64,000 bases of DNA, from positions 496,001 to 560,000 of the forward strand of contig CBFFSA010000010.1 of assembly GCA_965644495.1 (NCBI GenBank), written 5' to 3'. This stretch comes from Perkinsela sp. CCAP 1560/9 (lineage: Eukaryota > Protista > Euglenozoa: Kinetoplastea). Shown here piece after piece: positions 1 through 11,302 of this stretch. The translations under genes were made by a program, and so were the position numbers. The notes below the pieces were generated by a model. It saw only the letters and a program-made list of their open reading frames with translations. It did no database searches and had not been told where the DNA came from. Position 1 is the first letter of the stretch, and each line of letters starts with the position of its first letter.

Positions 1-140
1 GTGATAAGAGGGACTGACATTGTTTGTAAATCAAGGACGCATCACCCAACGAAAGTAATGATCTGGGGTGCTATTGCGGGCGACGAACACGTTTTTAACC
101 ATTTGTGTGATTTTTCTAAGTTCTACAAGGATGATACTTA
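1..140 (+). pseudogene. Tc1/mariner-family transposase fragment (continues beyond the window edge)
   Basis: Frame 1 reads ...SRTHHPTKVMIWGAIAGD, matching the Tc1/mariner 'HP.KVMVWG.I' motif; a stop follows soon after. Confidence 0.6.
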
Positions 141-185
141 GCGCGAATTGCCACCAGGGAAGAAGCGGTTAGAATTTCCACTGGA

Positions 186-319
186 GAGGGGATGCGGGCG
201 AGGCCCAGGACGAGATCATGCGTGATCACGCGAGATCTCTGTCTGGAGCGGATCCGGCTCGGGAGGGTGGTTGGATGACGTCAAAGCGAGATCACGCGAA
301 ATCATACCCGCAGCCCCAC
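186..319. mobile_element. Small MITE with GAGGGG(A/C)TGCGGG termini (Sola-like family)
   Basis: GAGGGGATGCGGG ... CCCGCAGCCCCAC, flanked by TGGA on both sides; same termini as 18347-19008. Confidence 0.6.
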
Positions 320-1543
320 TGGAAATAAAACTTGGATCGCTATTTTACCGTAAGGTGACATTGGAAAGCGATAAACGTGGCGCGGTACGTCAGTACAACT
401 CGAGTGTTGATGCCTAGCTGGCCAGTGAATATTAAAAGAACTAGGGTGGGTGCCATTCAGGATAATCTTTCGAATGTTCAGGAATTTCATATCTAGGGAC
501 ATAAGAAAATATGCTTCGGAATATTTTTTGGAATTAAAAAAGAAATTTGTTATTCTATTGCTCAATTTAGGTATACTTCCTCCGAAACATCTTATTGTAT
601 TTTTTGAAATGTCAGCTTACCTCCTTTATAACCCTTTACTTCCAAAACTCCTGAAACCAGCGGAAGGACGTACATGTATAAGGCCGCACTTGTATTATAT
701 TCTATAAGGCCGAAGTTGTATAAAGTGAGGGGTAACAATAAAACCTTTATGGCATACAGTTATGAAACGTCAATCTTTATGATGAATTGGACAAACTAAG
801 AAGACGAGTCTAATGTATTACACATATGACGTATCATTGAGTCCATCGGCTACCAATAACTGATTTCAAGGAAACAACGTGTACTTTCTTGTCCCTTTTA
901 AAATGGTAAACTTTGTAATTGTTTAAACACTTGTGCGTGCGAACAATTTACATTTTTCCGTATATTGTACAATAGGCGAAAAACTGTTCACATGTTTGAC
1001 ACACTTTTGTTGTTTGCTTCCATGTGGTCAGATACCGTACGCATTGAAGTACAGTGTAGTATATCCGAGTAGTTATATCATAGTATGCTTACTGTACCCC
1101 CCGTTTACAATAGCCTCGCTTTTGCCCAAATGAACCTATAAATGGGGGAGGGCGATTAAAAGTTGGCACAGAAATCGATCTACATTTGGGAGAGAGGAAC
1201 CAGGAATATCCAATCGCTAAGTGGGCACCGGCGCTCTGCCAAAGTAAAATCTCCAGCGCGACCCCTCGAAGAATGTGTGATAGCCCTCGAAGAACAATGT
1301 GAAAATAATATCATAATATTTAAGACGGTGCAAGAAAATTAAAAGAAATCTTCCTCGGTTTGCCAAAAAAGAAAAAAAAGGGGGGGTCGAGGCTATTATA
1401 AACAGCGGGGATACAGTAGTTGCAGACGTATAGTGTTGTACTTAAGCAATCAGTTTATGAACATCCTTAAGCAACAGTTTTGGTATACATAAATACAATA
1501 TGTATGGACATAGTAAAATATGTATGGGTACTACAGTATACAT

Positions 1544-1680
1544 GAGGGGCTGCGGGTGAAACCTCGCGAAACCCCGCTAAAATCTTTCAAGGACATGCTC
1601 AAGTGTTTGTCGTCCAGCAACTCATCAAATAAAATAGAAATACAGCAATAATGAGTGCTGGATAAATTCATTTTAACGTC
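1544..1680. repeat. Terminal fragment of the GAGGGGCTGCGG element family
   Basis: Reverse-complement match to the right end of the element at about 18865-19008. Confidence 0.7.
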
Positions 1681-2109
1681 TACCTTGTATTGTACAAACC
1701 ACATATTGATAAACTACACGTATTAGTAGACTGAGAAATTGTAAAACTAATTAGTACTACATCTATTTAATTAGCACTACAATAAATTTTATATTTTTTG
1801 TATTTCAACTTTCAGCCTTCGCAAGCTCTTCACACCTGTTTCACACGTTTTCAGTCTTTTTGGCCCCTTTTTGCGGTTTTTTAGTACTACAATCTACATA
1901 TTCAATGCATTCTTTGAGACATTCACGTCTTTCAAAAATTAACGTCTTTCAATCGGTCATAGATCTCCGTCATAGAGCTTCCCGCTCAATCGGCTTTACC
2001 ATAAAGTATGATCATGTGCAAGTGAAAAACAATGTGAACTGTTTTTCTTTTGAACTACAGCGCGTATTTGTAAATTATTACTCGTATACGAAATTTTACG
2101 TTTTCCTAA

Positions 2110-2718
2110 ATGGACACCCCGACGACCCGTCCCGCTAAGGTCAGAGGTGTCGCGCTTCCCCAAGAATACCAACTGACCCAATTCATTCAACATGTGCACC
2201 ATCCACATCCCAGTTGGAATTCGGAGACGGAAGTCTGTAAATGGGATGGCGTAAAGTGTCCGTGGAGAGCGGATGGTCCCGAAAGCGTGGTCCGTAGTAT
2301 TTATTGGGGACATCGTGAGTTACAGGGCACTTTGCGCTGGGAGTTCCTTCCTCAATCACTTGTGGAATTCAGCGTGGAGGACAATAAGCTTACTGGGGAG
2401 GTGGGCTGGCAGTTTCTCCCTGGCGGACTTCGATATTTTAATCTCGGGCGGAACGTTTTCTCAGGGACTCCCGATTTCACCAATCTGCCTTCTTCTTTAA
2501 GAGACATGTTTCTCAATAACAATAAATTCCACGGTTCAGTGAAGTTAAACACGCTACCAGCGAATATGCAATGGCTGCACCTCGACGAGAATGAGCATCT
2601 CACGGGGGATTTGGAGGTATGCTATTTACCCTTTGCACTCCGAGGTCGTAGAACTTTGGTCGCAGGGGGTACAAAGATCGAGGGGTATGCAGATTTACCT
2701 TGGACAGTCAAGCATTAG
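2110..2718 (+). CDS. Leucine-rich repeat protein (LPQEY family)
   Basis: KVRGVALPQEY, a WxxxxxxCxWxGVxC cap, and about 4 LPxxLxxLxLxxNxFxG repeats. Confidence 0.85.
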   Translation: MDTPTTRPAKVRGVALPQEYQLTQFIQHVHHPHPSWNSETEVCKWDGVKCPWRADGPESVVRSIYWGHRELQGTLRWEFLPQSLVEFSVEDNKLTGEVGWQFLPGGLRYFNLGRNVFSGTPDFTNLPSSLRDMFLNNNKFHGSVKLNTLPANMQWLHLDENEHLTGDLEVCYLPFALRGRRTLVAGGTKIEGYADLPWTVKH

Positions 2719-2980
2719 TGCACCCGCCCATCATCATACACCAACCAATTTGTTTTTGAGAAATTCAAAGTACTTTTCTACGATTGATTAGTGAATACAA
2801 TTCCTGTACGCATTCATTTCATAAATGGAGTCTGTGCAGTCAGCGCGTGACGTTTCGTGACGCTTCGTGACGTTTCGTGACAGCCAAGATCGAGGTTTAC
2901 TTGGTGCCTGGCTTGGTGCTTGTCAGTGCCGAGCGCCTCAATCATTCAAGATCCATTTCCCTGATTTGCGGTGATACAAC

Positions 2981-3080
2981 AACCCAGGATAAAGTGGACG
3001 AGGGAGATACCAATAGTGTAGGTGCGGCAGTTTCCCACAAGAAAAACGCCATCTCCACTTTTTTAGTCACCTGTCATGCC
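2981..3080. repeat. One arm plus loop of the GGGAGATAC hairpin module
   Basis: Reverse-complement match to 60718-60819. Confidence 0.8.
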
Positions 3081-3489
3081 TCGGAACCTATAAATCTGTC
3101 TCTGAAGGGTCTGGCTTGCCATCGGCGATGCGCAGCAGTCCCGAATGACTTGGATTCTCAGGATTTTGGTCTGGCTTGCCAGTGGCCGTCGTCCATGGTG
3201 ATGTACGTAATCCATGGTGATATCGGCTTCTGTACCATAATGCGCTACATTACAATACAATACATCGTATTAATCGAGCGCGCCTTGTGGGTCATCAAAT
3301 AAGGCACTCAGAAATCTACCGCTCTCTAGTAAGATGGGGCTCCCGGGAAAAAGCGAGATTTCCATCGCCTTCCGATGCATGCGTACTTCGATATCCAATC
3401 CCGCCTCTCGAATTGTTTGTTCATACTATTGCATAATAGCAGAGAGTTTTCAGGGTAAGGCCCTCATACAACGGGATAACCCTTTTTAT

Positions 3490-6400
3490 TTAGCAAGCAG
3501 AGCGGTTTTCCTCGTCCGTCCATTCAGCTTCGTTCCTCCGAGCCCAAATAATATAGCTGGCCCGACCAGCCATTAAACTCATGCTTTCTCTGCATGATCT
3601 GGCTCGTTTTCGTTCCCCATGGAACACGGCGTCAAGATAGCGACAGGATCCGCTAGGAAGTCCCCGTGCGCCGATCTCGAACGCTAGGGCATAGCAGTTC
3701 GGGTTCTCGATTCTGCGCTCGTGGAGAAGTGAGTTATACTTCTCTGACTTCCGCCGGTGTGCGTTTTCACAGTTCTCCTCCCACGGGACAGTTAGCTCAA
3801 TGATGAACTCGGTCCCGTTCCGTAGTTTGATCCAGCCATACGGGCGCAGTAAACTGTCGCTACTGGTGTACCACGGGAGTGGGTTCCGTTCACCCGTGAG
3901 GTCAAAGTAGCAAGCTTCGGTGGCAGGGGATTGGCGTACGTGTCGTGCGAACTCGCGGAGAACCATGTCGTGTCTGAGTGTGTACCTCCCTTGTTGTAAG
4001 GATGTGTTGCATGATGAAAGGACGTGTCTTGTTGTTTGTATCAGAGTGATAGTTGCGACCCCATTGTACAAGGGATACTCGGGAGGGCAGGGGGGTTAGA
4101 GTCATGACGGAGGACATGAATCGCGAGAGTTTCTCGTTTCGGATCCCATGGATGGCAGATGCAAATTCTTGTGCCATTTCTGGGTCTGACGGAAACTGCC
4201 ACCAGAGGGCAGCAACAGGAGCACGTTGTCGTAGACGTGTAATCATTTGTTCTTCGTGGGCATCACGGAGTATTTGTCGTGCGCGCTGTGGGTCGTTAAG
4301 ATGATCGGTTATTTGTGCAGCTAGGCGGATTTGACCTTTCGCACGCTTCCTTTGCTCTTCCTGGATGCGGAAGCGCAATGCCTTGAGCACGTTCGGGTCT
4401 CGTGATTGATGCATTTGGGTAAGTGACGTTCCGGTGCACTCGTACCAGAGTTGTGTCAGACTTTTGAGATTCCAGCCGCGGCAGGAGTATAGTACTTCTG
4501 TGCTACCGGCACGAGCCATGTTAATCCATCGTCGAATGTGTGCTGTGACTCGCTTCTGAAGCCGCAGAACTGAGCTGAAAGAGATGCAGGGGTGGATGGT
4601 AAACTGAAACCGAAGTCGGGAAATTATAGCGTGTCTGTAGATCCACAGCTTAGCCGAGAGATTATAGGCGCTGGCACTCGTGTTTTCGAGCCATCCCTTC
4701 AGCTTTGAGTTTAATTTCTTGAAAAGTTCGTTTAGCTGCTGAGATCCAGGGGCGAGGGTCATACCAAGAAATGAGCTTCCGGCGTCACAAATATGTGGAA
4801 TTTTTTCTCCGTATGTGGTTACTGTAGGTCTTCTCGTCATGTACCCCGGGTGCTCTTCGCCTTTCCGCGTGCTCATACATTGGACTCGACTTTTTGTGAC
4901 GTTGATTTTTAATCCGATTTTGGAGAACACCGTGGTTAGTGCGTTCAGCGAAGTTTGCATGTCACGGTTACTTTCGGTCAGAATGGTTAAATCATCGGCA
5001 TACGCTTTCAAGAAGTTGTTATCGCCGTTGGGAAGGCGCATGCCAAAGGTTGGACACGAGAACCGAACGTATCGTAATACGATTTCCATGACTACTAAGA
5101 ATATAGTGGTGGAGAGTGTATCGCCTTGTAAGACTCCCTTCTTTACATGTATGGGACGCGTTAGACCTTCGTAACATTTAACTCGTATATGTGCATCAGT
5201 GAGGCTGTCTTTGATGTAGTCGACAACGTTGCAGGGTATGCCTGCCCAACCTAGGGAAGCTAGTATAATGTTATGCGGGATCGAACCAAAGGCGTTAGTG
5301 AGGTCCAATTGGGCAAGACAGTACTGTCGTTTATGTCGCTGGTAGTGCTGGAGGAGGGTGCATAGAGTTTGGGTGTGCTCCAATGTCCCATTGATTTCGG
5401 GAAGAAACCCTTTCTGTATTTTCGGGTCAATCACATTGTGTCGAATAAGATGTTGGGTCAGGCGATGCGATATGATTGTGTGGAACGCTTTACCAAGGGC
5501 GCTCGTCAGTGAAATGGGGCGCCAATTTTTGGGGTTTTCCGGTGCTCCGTTCTTACATTGTATCACCGTTCTTGTATGTATCAGCCTAGTGATTGCAGTT
5601 TTCCATGATGGAGGGCAGGTCGAGAAAGTCATCAGATTATTGAATACCTTAGCAAATTGATCATGCATGAATGGACATTTCTTAAGAATCAGATTGGTGA
5701 TCGTGTCTGCACCGGGTGAGCTGGAGTTCCGTTTCATATTGATGGCTGCTGTGACATCGTCTCGCGTGATTGGGTCCCAATGCATGGGTTGGGCGGCTCC
5801 TGGTCCGAGTACATCTGGAGGAGGCAGTTGGAAGAGTTCTTCACTGGGTTTAAAGCTTGACTCGAAGTATGTCTCTATGGTGTTCCGGTCGCAGGTCGGG
5901 TAAGTTGTATTCTGTACTTCATTAGCGTCAGGTTTGTCGATCGTTTCTGAAGCTGCTGTCCACGGATTTCTGGAAAATCGCTCGGAGGCCCAGCGCTGAT
6001 CGATTTCTTCTCTTTGTTTCGTCGCTTCTTCCTCACGTATCCTGACTAGCTTCCGACATTCTTTGATTTGTGCTCGTAATTCGTCTCGTTCCGTCCTACT
6101 TCTCGTATAGCGTAGCGAAGTTTTCAAGGTTGTGAGATGGTGTTTCAGTTCTTGTGCGACTCTCTCCGTGGCGAGTGGTCGATACCATCGTCGGGCGTGT
6201 CCGGTGCTAGCTCTGATGAGGAAGCCCCTTGTCGGATTCGCTTCCGTCGCTATTTCGTAAGCAGATACGGCTAGGGCGGCGCTAAGAAGTTCTGCGTTAC
6301 GTATAGCTGTCTTCCTGTCCGTTGTATCGCTTAGAAGTTCGTTGCAACGTGCACTTGCTCTCGCTTCAACCTGTCGCCATTGCTCTTCGCTGAGTCGTAT

Positions 6401-8527
6401 GGTAACCTTCCCGCCAAGTATTGCATTGTGCTTTTGCAGGAGTTCTACTGCTTTTTGACTTTGAGAGGCGTCAGATTGCACTGTCGGCGTGGAGGGTTCA
6501 ACTTGGGAATGTATGTTACTGGGTACTGTTGTTGGGGATTCACAGCCGGTTTCGTTCCCTGGTGCATAGAGTGGCCCAAATACTTTGCAACATAGGTGTG
6601 CGCACTCAAGTTTGTTTCGACACGTGTGGCGGCATGGCTGTACAGTGCGCAGTGTCGGTGCACTACGGTTCTGTTGAATGCGATTCGGTGATGCTTCTCT
6701 GCGTGAGATACGTTCGTAACTGACTTCTTCCGCTTCCTCCAGTCTTCGATGTACTGTAATGCGTAGATGTCTGAGATGTGGTATATCCATTCCGTTAAGC
6801 GCCTTCATGACTGCGCGGCCTAGTGCTCCCGCTGTTGCATACTTCTCGTTGAGTTTAAGTGTATTATCTTGGAGAAGGGATGTCCAGCTGGCATGCCGAC
6901 TGATGTGTTGACTATTTTGTTCTTCGATATGTATGTAGTCGCATCCGCGGTGGTCCATGAGTTCTTCAGTTGTGGAAGGCTCGACAACCAAGTCATGAGA
7001 GTTGCTTTTACCAGACAACATTTTCGAGAGTGCCGCTTGTGCTGCTTGGAGAGAGGGTATTCTAGCCCGGACGAGAGGAGATTCGCTGGCATTTCGAATA
7101 TCTGGAAAGTATGTCCAGATCAGGTTTGCTACTGTTCGCACTTTCACGGGGCGGGCTCTGCTCTGGACAAAGTGAAGGTATTGCTTTTGCCGTGGTTCAT
7201 GGTTTGTGTCAGGTGGTGCGGATTCGTCCCGGTTCTGTGTCGCGCTGCTTTGAAATACCCAGCCAGGGACTTCATCGTTTTCTCCTTCCTGTTCCCTGGG
7301 ACAAGGCATGATTAATTCTTGCTTTTCCGTCAGCTTTTCCACCTCGTACATCTCATTGTGGTTAAGCGTGACTGTTGGGTTTGCTGGTAAATAGGGATTG
7401 CTTTCTTTCTCGACCGCAGTCGTGAATGGCTGGGATGATGTGCATAGTTTCGTGGGACTTGCGGTTGCGGGTTCTGGTTTTCCGTCATTTTGTGGCATAG
7501 TGTCTACTTGTATATAGAAAAACCTGATATACCAGAGAATTATTCGTTGTGCAAGTTTCATGATTTCAAGAGCGGTCATGCTCAGTGGTTGCTTTTTCAA
7601 CCGCGCGACGTTTGAACAAAATTTCTCGTGCATTATTCGTATCCGGGGCAGTAAAAGCAGAGGCGATGGGAAAATGTCATACGTTTTTCTGCAAGAAGAA
7701 GTAATGAACCTGATGGTACTACCTATGCACACATATACCATGTTCATACATTGGACAATGTGTAATGGGTTTGCTGCTTCAGAAAGCCAACCAGTTAATA
7801 GGGACAATAGGGTTTGAGTGTTCCTTGTGATGACTAGTAGTACGTGACCAAAGGGTCCATTGTTTGTTGGCACCACATTTATGACTTTCTTCTGGGAGTG
7901 TCGTATATGACGTTTGCAACAAGGGTGTTTGCAGGTGACTTTGTTCAGACAGATGTGCCTACACGGTTTTGTCGTGATACTTTGTGTGCCAACATTTCGA
8001 CGGAAAGGATTGAGGGCGTTGGGTGACGGGATTGCGCGGATGGGTGCTACTAGGAGGTGAACGGCGAGGCTAGATATCCATCTGAAGACGTTAGATATGA
8101 TGATGCCAATATTCCGCATGTTGTAGAGAGTTCTGAATACTAGTATAATTGATCGGGCCATGGCAAGCGGGGAGACTTCAAAATTCCTTCGTTTCTTTGA
8201 CATGACGGTATGTGATGTTACGGTGTCGCTATCCGTTATACTTTGCGCAGTTAAGTGACGCTTGCAGCACAAGTGTAAGCATTCACGTTTATTCAGACAC
8301 TTGTGCTTACAGGGTTCCGCTGGGGACGATGCGGTGGTATTCGCCGAATTGCCAGTCACATGCTCGGTTTGCGTGACGTTTAGCAGATTGTCGGGAGTAC
8401 TTCCGTTCTCGTTGGAAGAGGCGTCAGGATGGGTGGGAGTTGCGCTTTGCTTGCGAACGCCGCGTGGTCCTCGTGTAAGGTCCTGCAGCGCATTCGAGTG
8501 AGATCGTTGCGCGCGGTGTCGCGCCAT
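3490..8527 (-). pseudogene. Non-LTR retrotransposon polyprotein (RT + zinc knuckle + restriction-like endonuclease), HERO/NeSL-like, frameshifted
   Basis: WRPISL, QKGF..GTLEH, LDLTNAFGSIPH, GVLQGDTLS and YADD in the 3902-8527 ORF; HVLSSC..GRYTLRHD, ELTVPWEE, KY and EIGARG in the 3490-4071 ORF. A frameshift near 4040 removes the CxxC, and the catalytic RPD reads RPY. Confidence 0.92.
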
Positions 8528-8564
8528 GTAGATTTAAACGATAAAGAAATAAATCAACAAGGTA

Positions 8565-8599
8565 CAACAAGGTACAGAAACTGTATCTTTGCAGCAAGT
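8565..8599 (-). ncRNA. Spliced-leader-like exon fused to the retroelement 5' UTR
   Basis: The minus strand reads ACTTGCTGCAAAGATACAGTTTCTGTACCTTGTTG, containing the euglenozoan SL core ACAGTTTCTGTAC...TTG. Its last 10 nt are duplicated (8555-8564) and the ATG follows 27 nt later. Confidence 0.7.
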
Positions 8600-9467
8600 C
8601 GGAAGGGAAAGATTCCATAACCTGACTTTGCCCACATGAAAGGCACACTTCGGTACCTTGCAAAACGCCATCTTCAAGGCAGAGAACGCATTTGTCCTGC
8701 TCGTCAGGCGTCGGACACTATTTTACAATATACACGAAAGGCTAGAGGATTAAGGTGTACGATTGTGAAGGGAGTCAAGCTCTTGCAATTTCCGTGGCAC
8801 TGCTGCCGATGAACAGACGATTGCAGTCACATTGAAATGAGTACATGTAATCAAGTTTCCTTCCAAAACAATGTTAAGAAAGCTCGAAAAAGTAAGATAA
8901 TGTGGCTGCGCGTGACGTTCGTGACGGCCAAGACTTGCACAGACTCCAATGTTTAGCTATCAATAATCTGAAAACAATGTTCTTTTTAAACCATTTGATC
9001 AGAATTTTTTTCATTTATATTGTCACTCGTATCAATATTACCAGTACACTGTCGACACTACCCGCTGTACACTGTTGATACTTTCTATTGACAACTTTTG
9101 CATTTTACATATTGATAACTCAGAAGTGAGTATTCCTATTTCATCCGTCGTGTTTTCAAGTCATTATCCAAGGATTTCCACACCTTGCAACCTCCAGGAC
9201 TAAGAACATGCTACAAGTCCCATGGCATTAAAGTTTAATGAACAGAATGAGATTTAATAAACAGATGGAGAATTTTTAAAAGTCAGCTAGTTGTGCTCGT
9301 TCTCTAAAAAGAACGCACGATCAAAAACCCTTTTTCATAAGCTACAGTGCTAAGTCACAGTTCAGTGAAAACGCTGACCACTTGGAAAAGTCAGAGGTGC
9401 AGCAACACGAATTACAAAAGATTCTACATGCAACATTGCCAAGCCTGGTATCCGCCTTTGTGGACTA

Positions 9468-9932
9468 CAGTGCTCTTAAAAATTAGTATATTTTTGATCA
9501 GTGTTGGTCGAGAAAATAACGTTAATTAAAAATACACGAATTTTTACGACACTAATTTATATTACAAACAACTACTTGAATCCAAGAAAAAAAACGCATG
9601 GAAAACTAATAAATTGGTCCTTATAGTTTTTAAAAAAGCCATTCCCGTTGTTCAGTAGATATTTTTTCGCTGAGGATTTTCCGTCGTTTGAGCCACGGCC
9701 TCTATTCCCAGTGTCGCTCTTATGTCTTCGGGCATATTCGATTATTAAAACAGTGACACTAATTAAAAATGTACTAATTTTTACAACTCGATATTTTACG
9801 ACACCAATTTTCTATTCCCAGTGTCGCTCTTATGTCTTCGGGCATATTCGATTATTAAAACAATGACACTAATTAAAAATGTACTAATTTTTACAACTCG
9901 ATATTTTACGACACCAATTTTTACGAGCACTG
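9468..9932. mobile_element. Tc1/mariner-type MITE with an internal 110-bp tandem duplication
   Basis: TA|CAGTGCTCTTAAAAATT ... AATTTTTACGAGCACTG|TA; 9701-9810 is repeated at 9811-9920. Confidence 0.75.
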
Positions 9933-10294
9933 TAACACTCACTACATTTGACGCACTGAAGTGAAACATTGCGCTTCAGATGCACCTCAGTAGCCACTAG
10001 GAAACAATGGGTCACTGAAATTATATCACTTCTCTCGCTGTTCAAAATTACAATAGTGTTGCTTTCGCTCCTCTGGCTCCTAAGAGTTGCGAGTCATTCA
10101 CCCCTCTTTAACTTATCTTTCTTTAACTTATCCTTTCTTAACTCCTTTCTTTAACTGAGCTATTCTCTTTCCACGGAGTATGGGGGCTAAGTAACGGGAT
10201 CACAGTATACTTGTGAGCTCTATTCTACAGTTGTAGTTCCGTAGACCGACCAATTAATTCGGGATCTCTTTTCTTAAACGCTTTTCAATTTTCA

Positions 10295-10913
10295 ATGACT
10301 TACTCCTTTTTAATGATGCGTGCGCTACGTGCATCGGACGTACAATCTTCAACATATCACTGTGCAGCGAAAATAAGGTCTGTTTCCTTACCGCAAGAAT
10401 ACGATTTGGCAAGACTTGTTGAAAGCGCAAATAAAAAGCTTCCTAACTGGGACACCAACACACCTGCTTGTGAATGGAATGGCATTGAATGTTGTGAGAA
10501 GAAACGAGTTAAAGCAATCAGTTGGTACTTTATAGATTTAGTGACGTTAAATTGGAAATTTTTACCGTCGAGTTTAGTGTCTCTTTAAACGATAAATGCC
10601 CAGCTTCGTGGTGAACTTCCTCTAGAGACGTTTCCCTCGACTCTAACGGAAATATATTTATCTACCAATAGTTAACGGGTAATCTCAACCTTCTGCAGCT
10701 TCCGTCATTACTGATGATCTTGGACGTTCAAAGCAATGATTTTTTTGACACGATTTCTCATCGCTTCCGTCAACTTTAGCCGAGCTAAAGCTGTTTCGGG
10801 ACATTGGCCTTAAAGGTACCTTCAATGTGGGAATGCACAGTCGGAACTTAACTTACGACTTTCGGCATGCACACATTACGGTATCGAACGGAAATTTATT
10901 TCGAGCGCTCTAG
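10295..10913 (+). pseudogene. LRR (LPQEY family) pseudogene
   Basis: KIRSVSLPQEY and the Cys cap; in-frame TAA at 10586, further frameshifts, and a family-like C-terminus YDFR. Confidence 0.8.
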
Positions 10914-11028
10914 CGTTATGGTCTCGGACGGCCGTCTAGTTTCAGAGCTCTACGCCGATCAGGAGTATAGTCCGTAATTTTGGTTAAATTAAAGCAAAAT
11001 TCGCCTTTGAAATATATCATTTTCACGG

Positions 11029-11110
11029 CCTCCGTAAACACGCTCGTCACCGGTCCCAATCCCGGCACGTCGTACACGCAAGTGTACGATCAGTGTGAGG
11101 GAGGAGAAAC
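11029..11110 (+). ncRNA. Candidate structured RNA element
   Basis: Stems CTCC/GGAG, CACGCT/AGTGTG and CCGG/CCGG plus a perfect TCGTACAC-GCAA-GTGTACGA hairpin; homolog at 35188-35262. Confidence 0.4.
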
Positions 11111-11302
11111 ATTCATCATTAAGATATTCTTTTTACTATTCTAAAATACAATGTGACCTTGGTGCCTTGCTTGTCACCAGGTAGGAGGGGAAGGGTGTAT
11201 CAGGGTGCCTGGCACTCATCGAGTATCACTTCGCACTTCCGTAGCGTATGCTGATCCCGTGTGAGTATGGGCATTGACTCTAGCATCTCTAGCGTCCGTT
11301 GC

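Larger units (their letters stand above)
2827..8947 (-). mobile_element. Composite element: HERO-like non-LTR retroelement inside TIR plus direct-repeat ends
   Basis: TIR GGAGTCTGTGCA (2827-2838) / TGCACAGACTCC (8936-8947); AAT on both outer sides; direct repeat GCGCGTGACGTT(T)CGTGAC(A/G)GCCAAGA just inside both TIRs. Confidence 0.7.

Noticed and set aside
3490-8527. Programmed frameshift or currently active retroelement
   Set aside because: The shift coincides with loss of the CxxC and the endonuclease PD motif reads PY, which indicates decay of this copy.
3902-8527. Diversity-generating retroelement acting on the LRR genes
   Set aside because: The RT is of the non-LTR type, and no template/variable repeat pair with adenine-specific differences is visible.
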